DNA from: Botryllus schlosseri
Taxonomy: Eukaryota
Assembly: GCA_051294905.1 (NCBI GenBank)
Contig: CM119384.1
Span: forward strand, 18,228,001-18,292,000
Length of the DNA: 64,000 nt
Direction of reading: 5' to 3'
The stretch's first letter is position 1; every line of letters starts with the position of its first letter. The position numbers and the translations under genes are program-made. Shown here piece by piece: positions 63,170 to 64,000 of this stretch. The notes below the pieces were generated by a model, which was not told the DNA's origin, did not search any database, and worked only from the letters and a program-made list of their open reading frames with translations.

Positions 63170-64000
63170 CCAATAATACATGGATAGGACAAGCTTTATC
63201 GTGTTGGCGAATTTACAGGTATAAGTGCGCGCGTAAGATTGCCAGCGAGTTCAGCGGCTAATTAGCGATCCCTCGATCTCGTTTCAAGATCGAGTATTCC
63301 TTATTCACCAACACGCGCGCGAACAATTAAATATGCAACCTCGCTGACGACGAACTATTTCACAAATTAACGCGATTGATATCTGCTGTGGAATCTGTTC
63401 TCCAATTGCACCGATTTCAGGCCGGTCGTATCTTTTGATAACTCAGCCTTAACACACATCTTCTAATGTTTTATTATTAGCGCTAATAAGTTACGTTTGT
63501 TCGAGTCTGTTCGTGGCCAATTGAGCAGATTCGAAATAAATCAATTGCGCACTGTCAGCCTTAAGCCAGTATGACATACCAATCGCACAAGTAGAAATAG
63601 CAAGCAAATTATGGGAGACCTGTGGCGGACGCTGGGATATCTAAGCATCCCTGAACATTCGCTATAGTTTAAGCCAGTGAACTCATCTCATGCGCCTGTC
63701 CTGATGTAGACTCCATAGTGCAGGCTGGTAACGACTAACGACATCAGGCCTAATCTGGTGCACGTGTTAGTTCATGCCAGCGATTATAGCGCGCAGACCT
63801 GCATGCGGACTCGCTAAATAAATCAAGCTACGATGGCGCACATCAGAAGTCAATGACTCATTTCGCATACAAATCATTCTCGCTAATTTACAGTACGCGG
63901 TATCGATAATACAAATAAGTGAATTGGCACTTCAAAAGGACGGGATTTCTAGTTTCAAATGAGAAACTCTCTGGCTACGCACATAGGGTTTTATTACCGA
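63170..64000. mobile_element. Partial copy of the 26431-28713 element family, running off the window
   Basis: cctgcatgcggac.cgctaaat..gcatacaaat.attctc.ctaattt.cagtacgc..atcgataatac.aat.agtgaattggca is shared with 27540-27670. Confidence 0.7.

Overview
AT-rich eukaryotic (invertebrate-like) genomic DNA with many short 56-79 nt introns. There is no bacterial operon, rRNA, true tRNA or CRISPR array. The main host feature is invisible to the ORF track: a ~40 kb plus-strand gene (about 20282-60767) assembled by eye from more than 35 short GT-AG exons. Most are phase 0-0 and encode acidic, low-complexity repeats, followed by a Lys/Glu/Arg-rich exon and a short globular-looking C-terminus. Upstream lie three diverged tandem copies of a module (CRE-like TGACGTCA, a 17-nt ATG exon MDAED/MAAED ending in phase 2, GTAAG donor, conserved intronic dyad), which could act as alternative promoters/first exons. 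The rest is a dense, nested transposon landscape. It includes a Chapaev3 relic with TTA TSD and a Harbinger transposase split in two but otherwise intact, plus many hAT-type MITEs with 8-bp TSDs (one inserted into its own family to form a 1.9 kb palindrome). It also holds an intron-containing P/THAP element with a 9-bp flanking repeat and internal minisatellite, Gypsy, RLE-LINE, Penelope and SINE fragments, and a 328-bp near-perfect inverted repeat abutting the Penelope 5' end. All exon calls and family assignments were made by eye from splice motifs, reading frame and remembered motifs; no database search was run.
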